Shown: positions 42,002 to 52,990, counted from the first letter of the stretch. The stretch is DNA of 64,000 nucleotides from Candidatus Saccharibacteria bacterium QS_5_54_17 (GCA_003022365.1 PXOU01000018.1:75964-139963), one strand, 5' to 3'. The notes: generated by a model from the sequence alone, not told the origin. Numbers and translations: made by a program.

Positions 42002-42616
42002 TCACCGGCGAACGGGAACGGTTTCCGGTGCTCCGTATTGGTTTTCGGTCAGTTGGCAGGCACCCCACAAGCCGCGGTTGTTTTCCCGGGCGGCGCGCTG
42101 CAGTTTGCGGTATTGGGGGCGTTTCTGGAAACGGAACCTCATGTAGGCGAACCCGTAGCCTTCTGATATCAGCCGGGCATTGACGTGGGTGCCATCGGGC
42201 GTGTAGACATAGCGGAGCAAACGGCCGTAAACGTCCCGGTTATCGTCCAGTGGATCGGCGGCCAACCGCACCTCTTCACCGATTAAATCTCTGCTAAACT
42301 GGGCGGCCCGACTCCCGTAACACTGGACTGGTTTTTCGGGGTGATGAATCTCAGGAGTGTTGACGCCCAGCATCCGGACTTGATCGACCTGCCCGCTTCG
42401 GGCAACCGTCAGGGTGTCGCCGTCATCGACCCGTACCACTCGGTACATACCCGGTTGGTGTTGTTGTAAGCTGCGTGAGAGCCTGGGTACCTGAATGACA
42501 TTGGCCCTGGTGAGCGCCACGTATAAGACGACCACCAGTGCCAAAACCCAGCCGATTTTCTTGCAGGTTTTCTTGCTTGGGGTAATGAACCGTATCCGAT
42601 CGATCCATTGCTGCAT
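42002..42616 (-). CDS. Thermonuclease (SNase) family protein
   Basis: VDDGDT, VRMLGVNTPE, DVYGRLLRYV, ARENNRGLW. Confidence 0.92.
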   Translation of the reverse strand: MQQWIDRIRFITPSKKTCKKIGWVLALVVVLYVALTRANVIQVPRLSRSLQQHQPGMYRVVRVDDGDTLTVARSGQVDQVRMLGVNTPEIHHPEKPVQCYGSRAAQFSRDLIGEEVRLAADPLDDNRDVYGRLLRYVYTPDGTHVNARLISEGYGFAYMRFRFQKRPQYRKLQRAARENNRGLWGACQLTENQYGAPETVPVRR

Positions 42617-42761
42617 GGTCCACCTATTATACACCGTTGTTATCAAAAACGGAGTAACAAAGGCTAACTGAGGAGAAACCGGTAAATCGGTAAGGTGTAA
42701 AATACCGGTTTACCGGTTTTGAATATTTTGGGAGGATTTTTACCGGCAACGGATCTTACTC

Positions 42762-43340
42762 CTATGGCTTGGAAATGAAGGCGTTGCCTTTGATATAAAA
42801 CCGCCACGGTGTCGAGGCTCCGGAGCGTACCCCGACTCGAGTGCTGCGGGTGATATGTGTATCGGCGACTGGTTTTCCCTCTTTCAGGTATAACGGTGAG
42901 CTGCGCAGATCGTGCCCGTTGAATTGCCGGTCTATAGCCAGGGCCTGGGTCAGCTTGGCCGGTCCGCTGCACATGTTTCCCGGGGTCTTAGCTTGCAACG
43001 AGCGGTTTTGTTGCATGACATCCATGCCCTCCTTTGGTTCCAGCGCCCTGATGAGCACGGCTTCACCAGTGCCCTCCGGTCCGGTAACTACGTTCAAACA
43101 GTAATGCATGCCGTAAACAAAGTAGACGTAGGCGTACCCGGCCGGGCCGATCATAACGGCGTTGCGATCGGTTTTGCCGTTATAGGTGTGGGCGGCCGGG
43201 TCGGTTTCATGGTAAGCTTCGGTTTCCACGATTTTGCCTTTAAGCCTGGAGCCATCCGTAAGTATCCGGACCAATTGTTGGCCGAGTAATGCCCGCGCCG
43301 CCTCGTCGACCTTCAATTCGCATAAGTGTTTACGATGCAT
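42762..43340 (-). CDS. DNA-3-methyladenine glycosylase (Mpg/AAG family)
   Basis: IVETEAY, YVYFVYGMH, AVLIRALEP, GPAKL, RVGV, WRF. Confidence 0.94.
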   Translation of the reverse strand: MHRKHLCELKVDEAARALLGQQLVRILTDGSRLKGKIVETEAYHETDPAAHTYNGKTDRNAVMIGPAGYAYVYFVYGMHYCLNVVTGPEGTGEAVLIRALEPKEGMDVMQQNRSLQAKTPGNMCSGPAKLTQALAIDRQFNGHDLRSSPLYLKEGKPVADTHITRSTRVGVRSGASTPWRFYIKGNAFISKP

Positions 43341-43420
43341 ATGACTATCATAGTATATTCGTAATTCGCTGGATGTAATAGGAGTGATGTGTATAAAGTA
43401 AGCCTGTATACTATAGTGAT

Positions 43421-44320
43421 ATGTCCATGCTTAATTCATGGCAACGCAACGTTTCCCTCGCTCCTTTGACTACGCTGGGAATCGGCGGTCCGGCTGATTA
43501 TTTTGTCGAGGCGCACTCCCTGGACGAACTAGCCGATGCCGTCCGCCAAGCAAAAGAAACCGGCATGCCGTATTTCGTGCTTGGCACTGGCGCCAACTTA
43601 TTAATCGGCGACGGCGGATTCCGCGGATTGGTCATTCATAACAGGGCGGAGAGTTTTGAATTCAACGGCAATAAACTACGCAGTGATAGCGGCGCCGTGA
43701 TAGCGGATTTGATCAACGCTTCGCTTGATAAAAAATTATCTGGCTTGGAACATTTCGTGGGCATTCCAAGCAGTGTGGGCGGCGCGTTATGGCAAAACTT
43801 ACATTTTCTCGCGCCTGACAGACAAAGTACGCTTTTTATCGAAACAGTGCTTTCCTCGGCCCGGATTTTGGATGAAAATCTTCAAATCCATGAAGTCGCT
43901 GCGGAGTTTTTCCAGTTTGGTTATGACGAGAGTATTTTACGCCATAAACCGATCATCGTACTTGAAGCGACATTCCAATTAACTCTTGCCAATTCGGAAG
44001 ATATACAAAAACAGATGTATGCCAATATGCAATGGCGGCGGCAAAGACAACCCCAACTGGATGAATTTCCTTCCTGCGGGTCGGTATTCAAGAAAATATC
44101 CGGTGTCGGCGCCGGACGCTTGATCGAAGAAGCTGGACTAAAAGGACACCGAATCGGCGATGCGCAAATTTCGGACAAACACGCCAATTACATCGTGAAT
44201 CTTGGGAGTGCGAAAGCTGCCGACGTGTGTGGACTGTTGCGGCTCGTCCAGGATTCGGTATCCGATAACAGCGGGTATGGACTGGAGCCGGAGATAAGTT
44301 TTATGGGAGAATTTACCTGA
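43421..44320 (+). CDS. murB: UDP-N-acetylmuramate dehydrogenase
   Basis: IGGPA, LGTGANLL, GIPSSVGGA, SCGSVFK, KHANYIVN, LEPE. Confidence 0.94.
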   Translation: MSMLNSWQRNVSLAPLTTLGIGGPADYFVEAHSLDELADAVRQAKETGMPYFVLGTGANLLIGDGGFRGLVIHNRAESFEFNGNKLRSDSGAVIADLINASLDKKLSGLEHFVGIPSSVGGALWQNLHFLAPDRQSTLFIETVLSSARILDENLQIHEVAAEFFQFGYDESILRHKPIIVLEATFQLTLANSEDIQKQMYANMQWRRQRQPQLDEFPSCGSVFKKISGVGAGRLIEEAGLKGHRIGDAQISDKHANYIVNLGSAKAADVCGLLRLVQDSVSDNSGYGLEPEISFMGEFT

Positions 44321-44431
44321 TGCATATCTATTTTGCCAGTATTGGTGGCTCGGGATTGCAGCCGTTGGCACTCATGGCCCGCGATTGCGGATTCGATATT
44401 TCCGGATAAGAGGTGCCCGGCGTTTTAAAGA

Positions 44432-45310
44432 TTAATTGTCTTTGGTTGTTTCACTTAAGCGACGGTACTCGCGGTAAAAATCTTCCTTGTCGGCGTACCA
44501 AGCGAATTTTTTCATATCATCAAGTACCATATTTTGCCTCGATTCGTCGGTGTGATATACATCCAGTAATTTTTGGGTGCCTTCTTCGGTGTCCAACCCG
44601 CAATAGATGAGCAGCTGGGCGATTTGTTCCACCTTCAGCTCCTCAAGCAGTTGCTGCAGGTGCCGGTATTCTTCCGGCCGTTCATCCATGTCGACGTAGG
44701 GATCCGTTTCCGCGAAGCTATTGGGGCTTATCTGGAGCAGATCTTGGTCTTGCTCGCCATCTATAAATAGATAGGTGTCTATGGTGATGGTGAAAACGCG
44801 CTCCTCTGTTTTCTTTCTTTTAATTGATGCTTTCAGATGCTCGAAGAAGGTGAACCGGGGAAGCTGTTTGTCGGTTTGGTCGACTACCTCACGCACAAGT
44901 TTTTGCAATTCGTCATCCGACGATTGAATGTGTAGGCGCCCATTCCCGGAATCGTTGATGATGGCACCTTTTCCGGTTATTTTCTTTCCCTCTTGGTCGA
45001 GTTGGTCCCAGACGACCTGCATTGAGATACCGATATCCTCGATCTCTTGGCTGTGGTATGCTTTCAGCAGTCCTGCCAGTTGCTTCCATTTGCCGACGAT
45101 CAAACGGTCTTCTACTGTCGCATTTCGGGCCAGTTCATATACCTTTTGACATATCATGTAATCGTGGACTTCCGGCTGTTGTTGGTAGGCTTCCACGATC
45201 CGTGCCACGGCGTTTTTCCGTTGATCCTCGATATTATGCGCATAAATTCGGATATCGATATTGGTCTGTTGCCAGGCGAATTCCAGGAACCAATCTTTTA
45301 CGTAGCTCAT
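44432..45310 (-). CDS. Hypothetical protein
   Basis: Acidic ORF; probable start MSYVKDW after TACAAT. Confidence 0.7.
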   Translation of the reverse strand: MSYVKDWFLEFAWQQTNIDIRIYAHNIEDQRKNAVARIVEAYQQQPEVHDYMICQKVYELARNATVEDRLIVGKWKQLAGLLKAYHSQEIEDIGISMQVVWDQLDQEGKKITGKGAIINDSGNGRLHIQSSDDELQKLVREVVDQTDKQLPRFTFFEHLKASIKRKKTEERVFTITIDTYLFIDGEQDQDLLQISPNSFAETDPYVDMDERPEEYRHLQQLLEELKVEQIAQLLIYCGLDTEEGTQKLLDVYHTDESRQNMVLDDMKKFAWYADKEDFYREYRRLSETTKDN

Positions 45311-45347
45311 ACTCCCATTGTAGCAGGCGGCAGGTGGTGCTGGGTTA

Positions 45348-47933
45348 TCATTGACTTTTCGCCTTGTCCGATTGCTTGGCTTTGAATTGGATGTGCTCAT
45401 TTTTATCCAGGGTGACTTTGATGGTTTGCTCTTCTTCGACGTCACCTTCGATGATTTGCATGGCCAGCGGGTCAAGGATTTGGTTCTGGATCAGCCGTTG
45501 TAACGGGCGAGCGCCGAAGTTAGGGTCATAGCCGGTTCGAGCCAGGTGTTGCTTAACGGAATCACTAACGTCCAGGGTAATGTTTTTATTGGCGGCCAAA
45601 TCTTGCTGGACTTGCTGGAGTTGGATGTCGACGATCCTGCCCATGTCGGCTTCGGTGATACGCTCAAACAGCACAATATCATCGACGCGGTTGAGGAATT
45701 CGGGGCGGAAATAGGTATGTACCGTCTCCATAACTTGGTTCCGTGTCGCCTCGTCCAACTGCTCGGCCTCCTGGATTATCTGAGCTCCTAAGTTGGAGGT
45801 CATAATGATGATGGCGTTGCGGAAGTCAACGCTTCTCCCCTGTCCGTCTGTCATGCGGCCGTCGTCTAAGACTTGCAATAGTACGTTGAAAACGTCGTTG
45901 TGGGCTTTCTCGATCTCATCCAGCAGAATCACCGTGTAAGGCCGGCGGCGGACCGCTTCGGTGAGTTGCCCGCCCTGCTCGTAGCCCACGTAGCCGGGCG
46001 GGGCGCCGATCAGCCGGGCGACGGCGTGTTGCTCCATGTATTCGCTCATATCGATCCGGACCATAGCTTCTTCGTCATCGAACATTTCCCGGGCCAGCGC
46101 TTTGGCGGTCTCGGTCTTGCCGACGCCAGTTGGCCCCAGAAACATGAATGAACCGACCGGCCGATCGGCGGGTGCGATACCGGCCCGGGCGCGGCGGATG
46201 GCGTTGGCGACAGCAGTAATAGCCTCTTCCTGGCCGACGACTCGCTCGCCCAAGCGTTTATCCAGGTCTTTGAGTTTCTCGCTTTCTTCTTTGAGCAGCC
46301 GGCTGACGGGGATGCCGGTCCAGCGGGAGATGACGCTGGCGATGTCCTCGGCGGTAACTTCTTCCCGCAGTACTCGGTGCTCTAGTTGGTTGAGTTGGTC
46401 CCGCGCCTCTTGGGCCTGGGTCTGCAGCTCAGGGATTTTCCCGTATTGTATCTCAGCAGCGCGGGAAAGGTTTCCGTCGCGCTCGGCCTGTTCCTGTTCG
46501 CTACGGAGTTTATCGATTTCCTCATTGGCGCGGGTAATTTGATCGATCAGTGATTTTTCCTGCTCCCACTGGGACTGCATACTCTTGGATTGTTCCTGCA
46601 AATCGGCGATCTGTTGCTTGACTTCTTCCAGTCGTTCTTTGGCTTTTTTGTCTTTCTTAATAGCTTCCTTTTCGATCTCCAGCCGTTTTATCTGCCGGTT
46701 GATCTGATCAAGTTCGGTCGGCATGGAGTCGATCTCCATTTTGATGGAACTGGTGGCTTCGTCGATCAAGTCGACTGCTTTATCCGGCAGGAAGCGGTCC
46801 GAAATGTAGCGTTCGGAGAGCTGGGCGGCCGCCACGATGGCGTCGTCAGTGATCTTGACCCCGTGATGTACCTCGTATTTCTCCTGCAATCCGCGCAAAA
46901 CGGTCACCGTATCTTCGATACTGGGTTCGCTGACGTAAACGGGTTGGAGGCGGCGTTCCAGGGCGGCATCCTTCTCCACGTGTTTGCGGTATTCATCCAG
47001 GGTGGTGGCGCCGATCATGTGCAGTTTCCCCCGGGCCAGGAGCGGTTTGAACATATTGGCCGCGTCCACGGCGCCTTCCGCGGCACCGGCCCCCATGATG
47101 GTATGGAGTTCGTCCACGAACAGGATGATTTCCCCGCCGGCTTCCTCAACCTCCTTGAGGACGGCTTTCATCCGTTCCTCGAACTCGCCGCGGTATTTGG
47201 CGCCGGCCAGCATGCTGGAAATATCCAGGGCGATAACCCGGCGGTTTTTCAGCGTTTCCGGCACGTCCCCGTCGATAATCCGTTGGGCCAGTCCTTCCAC
47301 GATGGCGGTCTTGCCTACCCCGGGTTCGCCGATAAGTACCGGGTTGTTTTTGGTTCGCCGGGATAAGACCTGCATCATGCGCCGTACTTCTTCATCCCGG
47401 CCTACAACCGGATCCAGCTCGCCCTGGCGGGCCAGATCAGTATAGTCAGCCCCGTACTTTTCCAGCGCGTTCTGGGTGGCTTCAGGGTCCTGGGTATCCA
47501 CGGTGCTCCCTCCTCGTATGGAATTAATGTATGCTTCTATTTCCGCGCGGTTCGCCGTGCTGGGGGTTATGTATTCGTGCTCCAGTCCGGCTAACAGCAA
47601 ATGCTCCGTACTCATGTATTCGTCCCCATAATCTTTCTGGGTAGACTGGGCGGTTCGGAGCAATTGCTGGAAGCCGGAAGCCGGCTGGAGTTGTTCTTGA
47701 TTGACTCCTTGGTCGCTGGTGGGGAGTTTACCCAGTTGCTCTTCCAGCTGCTGGCGGGCCTCACCCAACGCCTGGAACTTTTCCAGGGCCGAAATAAACA
47801 GGGTATCCTGCTGCCCGCATAGGGCGTGCAACAGGTGCCAGGGTTCCAGGCTGGTATGCCCGCGTGCGACCGCCCCTTCCACGGCGGAATTCAAGGCGGC
47901 CTGCACGCTATGGGTAAACTGATCGGGTTGCAT
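45348..47933 (-). CDS. clpB: Chaperone ClpB
   Basis: Two AAA+ domains ([16 protein letters not shown]), middle coiled coil, GYVGYE. Confidence 0.97.
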   Translation of the reverse strand: MQPDQFTHSVQAALNSAVEGAVARGHTSLEPWHLLHALCGQQDTLFISALEKFQALGEARQQLEEQLGKLPTSDQGVNQEQLQPASGFQQLLRTAQSTQKDYGDEYMSTEHLLLAGLEHEYITPSTANRAEIEAYINSIRGGSTVDTQDPEATQNALEKYGADYTDLARQGELDPVVGRDEEVRRMMQVLSRRTKNNPVLIGEPGVGKTAIVEGLAQRIIDGDVPETLKNRRVIALDISSMLAGAKYRGEFEERMKAVLKEVEEAGGEIILFVDELHTIMGAGAAEGAVDAANMFKPLLARGKLHMIGATTLDEYRKHVEKDAALERRLQPVYVSEPSIEDTVTVLRGLQEKYEVHHGVKITDDAIVAAAQLSERYISDRFLPDKAVDLIDEATSSIKMEIDSMPTELDQINRQIKRLEIEKEAIKKDKKAKERLEEVKQQIADLQEQSKSMQSQWEQEKSLIDQITRANEEIDKLRSEQEQAERDGNLSRAAEIQYGKIPELQTQAQEARDQLNQLEHRVLREEVTAEDIASVISRWTGIPVSRLLKEESEKLKDLDKRLGERVVGQEEAITAVANAIRRARAGIAPADRPVGSFMFLGPTGVGKTETAKALAREMFDDEEAMVRIDMSEYMEQHAVARLIGAPPGYVGYEQGGQLTEAVRRRPYTVILLDEIEKAHNDVFNVLLQVLDDGRMTDGQGRSVDFRNAIIIMTSNLGAQIIQEAEQLDEATRNQVMETVHTYFRPEFLNRVDDIVLFERITEADMGRIVDIQLQQVQQDLAANKNITLDVSDSVKQHLARTGYDPNFGARPLQRLIQNQILDPLAMQIIEGDVEEEQTIKVTLDKNEHIQFKAKQSDKAKSQ

Positions 47934-47953
47934 GAGACGGGTTCCCGGCTAAA

Positions 47954-48421
47954 CTACTTGCGGTTCTTCTTAGGACTTTCCACGGTGACTTGCTTAGGCT
48001 TGGGAAGCTCCTGCATGGGTACGGTGACAGTGAGAATGCCGTCTTCGAAAGAAGCGGAAATGTCCTCAGTCTGGGTGTTCTGCGGCAAGCCGATGCGCCG
48101 GTAAAAGCTGGATGTACTCTCCCGAACGATGTACTTACGGTCTTTTTTGCCATCCCCTTCTTGGCTCTCTCGATGCTCGGCCCGTATATTGAGGGCATTG
48201 TCTTCGACGTTGACCTCAATGTCATCTTCCTTGAAGCCGGGCAAGGATGCTTCAATGATCATGTTTTCATCGTTCTCGTCCATGTAAACGTCCGCCGTCG
48301 GCGTTGCCAAACCCGGCTGCGCCATCTGTCCGCCGAACGTCTCAGAGAACAAGTTGCTTAATCGGTTTTGGGTATCTTCCAGTTCACGAAATGGATTATC
48401 GTATCCGCGTATCAATGCCAT
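47954..48421 (-). CDS. Hsp20/alpha-crystallin small heat-shock protein
   Basis: LPGF..DIEV..ASFEDGILTVTVP; AAGGAGG RBS. Confidence 0.93.
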   Translation of the reverse strand: MALIRGYDNPFRELEDTQNRLSNLFSETFGGQMAQPGLATPTADVYMDENDENMIIEASLPGFKEDDIEVNVEDNALNIRAEHRESQEGDGKKDRKYIVRESTSSFYRRIGLPQNTQTEDISASFEDGILTVTVPMQELPKPKQVTVESPKKNRK

Positions 48422-48515
48422 AATACACCTCCTTCTTATGTTAGCTTTTGGTTACGAGTATTGACTGACTGTCTTTGTGGCGCTTTTTCCTGGCCACACC
48501 TTCCACTATAACTAG

Positions 48516-48542
48516 TTAGCACTCTCGGGTCAAGAGTGCCAA
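48516..48542. promoter_or_regulatory. CIRCE element (HrcA operator)
   Basis: TTAGCACTC-N9-GAGTGCCAA upstream of hsp20-clpB. Confidence 0.9.
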
Positions 48543-48600
48543 CATAAACAGTTTATAGGTGTTGATTGCGTCGAAAATCAGAGAGAGAAAAGGCTTCCCT

Positions 48601-49170
48601 TTAATAATCTACGCCGCGGTTGGCGAGGTATTTGTCGTCGAAGTGATGCTTGATCTTCTTCATGTCGGTGGCAATGTCGACGTGTTTGTATAACTCCTTG
48701 GGGAAATTGCGGCCGGTCAGGCAGAGATTGGTCTGCTCATGCTTGTCGGTGAGCAGTGCTTTGAGCTGTTTTTTACCGAGTAATCCGTCATGGAAGGCGT
48801 TATTGATTTCATCGCAGATGATCAGTTGGTAGTCGCCGGAGGTGGCCGCCCCGTAGGCGAAGTCATAGGTATTCCGGGCGGCTCGAAGGTGTTGCTGGTG
48901 GGTGATGCCCTTTTCGCTGATGTCGCCGGCGTTGAAAAACCCCCGACCGCCTTTGTGAAAGACCAGTTGTTGGCCGTAGACATCGCCGAGCGCGTCCAGA
49001 AAGTCGTGCTCGCCTACCCTCCAGTACTTAATGAACTGAACGAAAGCACACGTCCAATCCGTACCCAACCCTCTGCCCAGCAGCCCCAGGGAAGCGCTGG
49101 TCTTTCCTTTGCCCTGGCCGGTGTAGACGACGATGACGCTGGATTTGGTTGCATAGTCTTCGAAAGCCAC
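48601..49170 (-). CDS. Cob(I)yrinic acid a,c-diamide adenosyltransferase (CobO/BtuR family)
   Basis: YTGQGKGKTSASLG, QFIK, DEIN, LTGR, KH, GVDY. Confidence 0.9.
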   Translation of the reverse strand: MAFEDYATKSSVIVVYTGQGKGKTSASLGLLGRGLGTDWTCAFVQFIKYWRVGEHDFLDALGDVYGQQLVFHKGGRGFFNAGDISEKGITHQQHLRAARNTYDFAYGAATSGDYQLIICDEINNAFHDGLLGKKQLKALLTDKHEQTNLCLTGRNFPKELYKHVDIATDMKKIKHHFDDKYLANRGVDY

Positions 49171-49199
49171 AAGCGACCCGTTTCTGCTGAGAAATGTTA

Positions 49200-49511
49200 T
49201 TAGTGCCCCGAAGGGTAGTCCGTCGACTGGCTATCGTAATTTTTATACACCTGCTCACCGGAAGCCGGTTGCAACTGCTGGGCGGCCGGCTGGGGACTCA
49301 GTGACTTTTGCCGGGTTTCTCCTCCAGAACCAGAAGACGGCCGGAGGTGAAGATTGTCTTTTTGGGCGGAAGAGGGGGTTTCTTGGGCGACATCGCTGCT
49401 TGATCGCGCCGAATCGGCGTACTCAACGGCTAACACGCCGCCGGCTACGCCGATGATCATCAGAAGCAAAACAATGGTATAGGTATGTGTTTTGGGCGGT
49501 GCTTTCCTCAT
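49200..49511 (-). CDS. Small membrane-anchored hypothetical protein
   Basis: Start MRKAPPK, one TM, S/Q-rich tail. Confidence 0.5.
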   Translation of the reverse strand: MRKAPPKTHTYTIVLLLMIIGVAGGVLAVEYADSARSSSDVAQETPSSAQKDNLHLRPSSGSGGETRQKSLSPQPAAQQLQPASGEQVYKNYDSQSTDYPSGH

Positions 49512-49616
49512 AACGTGTGTAAGCAACAGTCTAGCACGCCATAAGGATGTCCGCCTAACTTTTTCGAGCCGCCTTGCATTTGGCCGGCGGGCCGGGAATT
49601 GCGTAGAATGACGGAT

Positions 49617-50654
49617 ATGCATCAATACTATCAGTACCGACCGGATGATTCCGGCGCCGTTTCCAATCAACCCACGCCGCACAACGGTTCCCACGAGGAG
49701 AAACATCACCCGCTCCGGCGTTTCCTTGTTTGGTTGGCCATAATATTGGTCGTGGTGTTGGTTGTTTTGGCGGTTCTGTTGGGCGGGGTATATGCCTATG
49801 TCACCCAAATCCCGGTTGCCAATACCGATGGCAGGACCAACGTCGTCATCCTCGGCGTTGATGAAGCGGCCCAGCTCAGTGACACCATTATGATCGCCAG
49901 CATTCGCCACGGATCCGGACAGCCCCCGGAGGTAGCCATGGTCAGCGTCCCCCGCGATCTATACCTGAACATCCCCCAACATGGCGACCATAAAATCAAC
50001 GCTGCCTACGCGTTGGGTGAAAACCAGGACAACGAGGGTGGCGGCGCGGAGTTGACCGTCAAAACGATCGAACAACAGTTCGAGCTCCCCGTGCATTACT
50101 ACGCAGCCATTGAATTTGAAAGTTTTAAGGAGATTATTAACGCAGTCGGCGGCGTCACCGTCGACGTGAAGACCGCCATCGACGATCCCTATTACCCCGC
50201 GCCCGGCAACGCGGGGCACGAGCCGTTCCACATCGAGGCGGGCAAGCAGCATTTGGACGGCGAACGAGCCCTCAAATACGCCCGTTCGCGGAAAACCACC
50301 AATGATTTCGATCGGTCTTATCGGCAGCAGCAAGTGATGTTGGCGGTCCGAAATAAAATACTGGGTACCGGCGGCGCCGATATTGATATATCCCGGGCGC
50401 TGAATCTGTATCGAGCAGTGGGTGAGCACGTGGATGGGAATATGAGCCGCCTGGAGATGCTGCGCCTGGCCTACACGCTCCGCAACGTTGACACCTCCGG
50501 GACAGGACAGTATGTCTTAAGCAGCAGCAACTTGCTGACCAGCACTTCCGGCGGCCGGCTGGTGCCCAGCGGCGGTGACTTCCAGCAAGTACAAGAATTT
50601 CTGGATAATCTGTTCAGTCAACCCCGAGTTGAAGAATTTCAACCGCGTTTTTAA
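49617..50654 (+). CDS. LCP (LytR-CpsA-Psr) family protein
   Basis: SDTIM, SVPRD, KINAAY, AVGGV, ALKYARSR, DFDRSYRQQ. Confidence 0.93.
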   Translation: MHQYYQYRPDDSGAVSNQPTPHNGSHEEKHHPLRRFLVWLAIILVVVLVVLAVLLGGVYAYVTQIPVANTDGRTNVVILGVDEAAQLSDTIMIASIRHGSGQPPEVAMVSVPRDLYLNIPQHGDHKINAAYALGENQDNEGGGAELTVKTIEQQFELPVHYYAAIEFESFKEIINAVGGVTVDVKTAIDDPYYPAPGNAGHEPFHIEAGKQHLDGERALKYARSRKTTNDFDRSYRQQQVMLAVRNKILGTGGADIDISRALNLYRAVGEHVDGNMSRLEMLRLAYTLRNVDTSGTGQYVLSSSNLLTSTSGGRLVPSGGDFQQVQEFLDNLFSQPRVEEFQPRF

Positions 50655-50687
50655 TTGTCCACACGTTGGTCCCCCGGGCAGGCCAAT

Positions 50688-51149
50688 TCAGCCGATGGAG
50701 AGCACGGTGTAGGCAGCGACTTTTCCGTTGCCGATATAGACGGTGTCCCCTACTCGGGCGTCCAAGAGCTGTTTACCCACCGGTGATTGGTCAGATAGGT
50801 ATCCGTTAGTGGGATCGGCTTCTACTGACCCCGCCAAGGTGAATTGCTTAATATCGTGGCCGTTTTTGAGTTTGACCGTACTACCGTGCTTGACGGTATG
50901 TTTCTGCTTTGGCTTCTTGATCAGTACCGCGTTCTGGAGCGTGTGATTGATCTGCTCCATGTGCGTCTCAATCTGTAAGGCACGATTGCGGGCAACGGTG
51001 TAACTATGGTTCTCTACTTGCCTGCCGGGCTCTTTGACCGCTTCCAGCTCTCTGCCGAGAGCAATGCGTTCCTTGTATAGTCGATTGCATTTGGCTTTCA
51101 GGTTTTGAAATCCCGTGGGTGTGAGATATATATTATTGCTGCCTTGCAT
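50688..51149 (-). CDS. GreA/GreB family elongation factor
   Basis: YLTPTG, EN..Y..A, GSTV, EADP..SDQSPVGKQL. Confidence 0.88.
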   Translation of the reverse strand: MQGSNNIYLTPTGFQNLKAKCNRLYKERIALGRELEAVKEPGRQVENHSYTVARNRALQIETHMEQINHTLQNAVLIKKPKQKHTVKHGSTVKLKNGHDIKQFTLAGSVEADPTNGYLSDQSPVGKQLLDARVGDTVYIGNGKVAAYTVLSIG

Positions 51150-51310
51150 ACTACCTCCTTATAGGCTGGTTAATGTGCTGGCTTACTTTGCTCGTTTCTT
51201 TTCCAACCTGGTCCAACCTGCCCAACCTGTTCCGGCTTACTTTTCTAGCCGGGGGGTATGTTTATCGGTTTTTTATGTGCGCGCAACAAGTTATATAAAA
51301 CACATCCCTT

Positions 51311-51350
51311 CTTGTTAATGTCTGTTAATGTTGGTTGATGTTTGTTAATG
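51311..51350. promoter_or_regulatory. Four 10-bp-period direct repeats (TGTTAATG)
   Basis: cttgttaatg tctgttaatg ttggttgatg tttgttaatg between divergent genes. Confidence 0.5.
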
Positions 51351-51433
51351 CTTTCGCTGGGCATTAACCGGAGACAGGAATTTTTTACCTGCTTCCGGAA
51401 ACATTACTATAACGCCTGGATTGGCGGGGTGTC

Positions 51434-51449
51434 TGTGACGTACATCACC
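51434..51449. promoter_or_regulatory. CRP-like box
   Basis: TGTGA-CGTACA-TCACC upstream of the Crp/Fnr gene. Confidence 0.55.
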
Positions 51450-51494
51450 CTAGGCGTGGTAATATGCGTTATAGTGGGATATGAGGAGGTGCAG

Positions 51495-52184
51495 ATGGAA
51501 AGATTACATTCAGATCGAGTATCAGACATATTATTGGAAACCTTTTTTCCGGACGGAAAACCAACCACCGTGGAACCGGGAGAAATCGTATATGATTCCG
51601 ACACCTCCGCTCCGTCACTTTTTGTGGTCGATAAAGGGTATTTTAAGACCTACACCATCAGCAATGATGGCGATTTGCACATTCAGAATTTCTATGGACC
51701 GGGAGCTATATTTCCACTTGCTCCCGTGTTGCGCCGGGCACTGAACTGGACGTCATTCCGAACCAAGCAAACGGTATATTTCGAAACCTTGACCGAAGCG
51801 AGCGTATATCGGTGTAAGGCCGAGACGTTTCCGATAGCCGAGCTGCCACCGGAAGTCTACCAGGAGCTCATATACCGGCTGCTGTTTAATTACGAAGTCT
51901 TTTTGAATTGTGCCCAAGTGCAAAAATTCCGTTACGCCCGGCACCGGATCATATACCAACTGCTGCTGCTGGCCGACATGTTCGGTACTCAAACGGAAGA
52001 CGGGATCCGCATAAATCCGCCGCTTACCCATTTTGATATCGGCAGTACCATCGGTATGGCGCGCGAAACGGTTACCCGGGAAATGGAAAAGCTGCGCTCA
52101 GGCGGTTGCCTGATCAGCTCGCAGCAACACCTTGTCCTGACGGACACGGCTCGGTTGCAGGCGGAAATCGAAAACGCCCACTGA
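51495..52184 (+). CDS. Crp/Fnr family transcriptional regulator
   Basis: cNMP-binding-like domain and HTH LTHFDIGSTIGMARETVTR; GAGGAGG RBS. Confidence 0.9.
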   Translation: MERLHSDRVSDILLETFFPDGKPTTVEPGEIVYDSDTSAPSLFVVDKGYFKTYTISNDGDLHIQNFYGPGAIFPLAPVLRRALNWTSFRTKQTVYFETLTEASVYRCKAETFPIAELPPEVYQELIYRLLFNYEVFLNCAQVQKFRYARHRIIYQLLLLADMFGTQTEDGIRINPPLTHFDIGSTIGMARETVTREMEKLRSGGCLISSQQHLVLTDTARLQAEIENAH

Positions 52185-52240
52185 TTCTTCCGGTTGTCTT
52201 TTTACTCACCAGACACCGTTGTAGGTTCCCCCACGCAGGT

Positions 52241-52576
52241 TTAGGGGTTTGGTTGATAGTAGACGTCTCTTCCAGTCCTGCCGCACTGAGCGATCAATCC
52301 TTCCGCTTCCAGTTCCGCAAAATAATTCCGGGCGGTTTTGGGCGATACGCCCAGTAAGGCCTGCACGTCCTGATTTCGGATCCTGGCTTGATGGTTGAAA
52401 AGCCGGAGGACTTCTCTCAAATTTTGTTCTTTTTTGGCGCTACGGCCACTGTTGACGGGCAATCGTGATTCCATTCCATACCCGTCTTGCGGCAACTTCT
52501 GACTCCCGGGGTATTTCACGGCGTGGTAGATACGGGCGCTCCCTATACCCAATAGCACACCTGCGATAAACCACAT
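52241..52576 (-). CDS. Membrane-anchored winged-helix protein
   Basis: N-terminal hydrophobic helix; IRNQDVQALLGVSPKTARNYFAELEAEGLI..G.TGR.VYY. Confidence 0.8.
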   Translation of the reverse strand: MWFIAGVLLGIGSARIYHAVKYPGSQKLPQDGYGMESRLPVNSGRSAKKEQNLREVLRLFNHQARIRNQDVQALLGVSPKTARNYFAELEAEGLIAQCGRTGRDVYYQPNP

Positions 52577-52595
52577 AGCTATAGTATAGCAGCTT

Positions 52596-52990
52596 GCCGG
52601 GAGCTATACACGGGATGCGTATAGTCTCCCGGCAGCAGGAACAGGAAGCAAGCAGCAAGAAGCAAGAAGCAAGTAAAAGACAGGAAGTAGACAGGGAGTG
52701 AGAAGCAACAGGCTCTGAATATGTCATTCCTGAAACAAGTTCAGGACAGGCTCTGAATTTATTTCAGGATCTTCCTCTCTTGTCATCCTGAATTTATTTC
52801 AGGATCTGTTGCAAAACTGGATTCCGAACCAAGTTCGGAATGACGGAGGAGGTTCGCAGTAACAGAGAGGCTTTGCATTTTTCCACTTACTTCTTACTTC
52901 CTGTTCCTGTCAGCCACTTCGTCTCCCGGCTTATTGAACACCCCCGTGAGTAAACAGCAAGGAGGTGTTCAATAAGTTTCCGTCACATTA
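52596..52990 (+). repeat. Composite REP/MITE-like element, copy 4
   Basis: Inverted end GCCGGGAGCTATAC, TATAGTCTCCCGGC at 52620, heptamer arms, REP palindromes, then GTCTCCCGGCTTATTGAACACC..GGTGTTCAATAAG. Confidence 0.85.
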
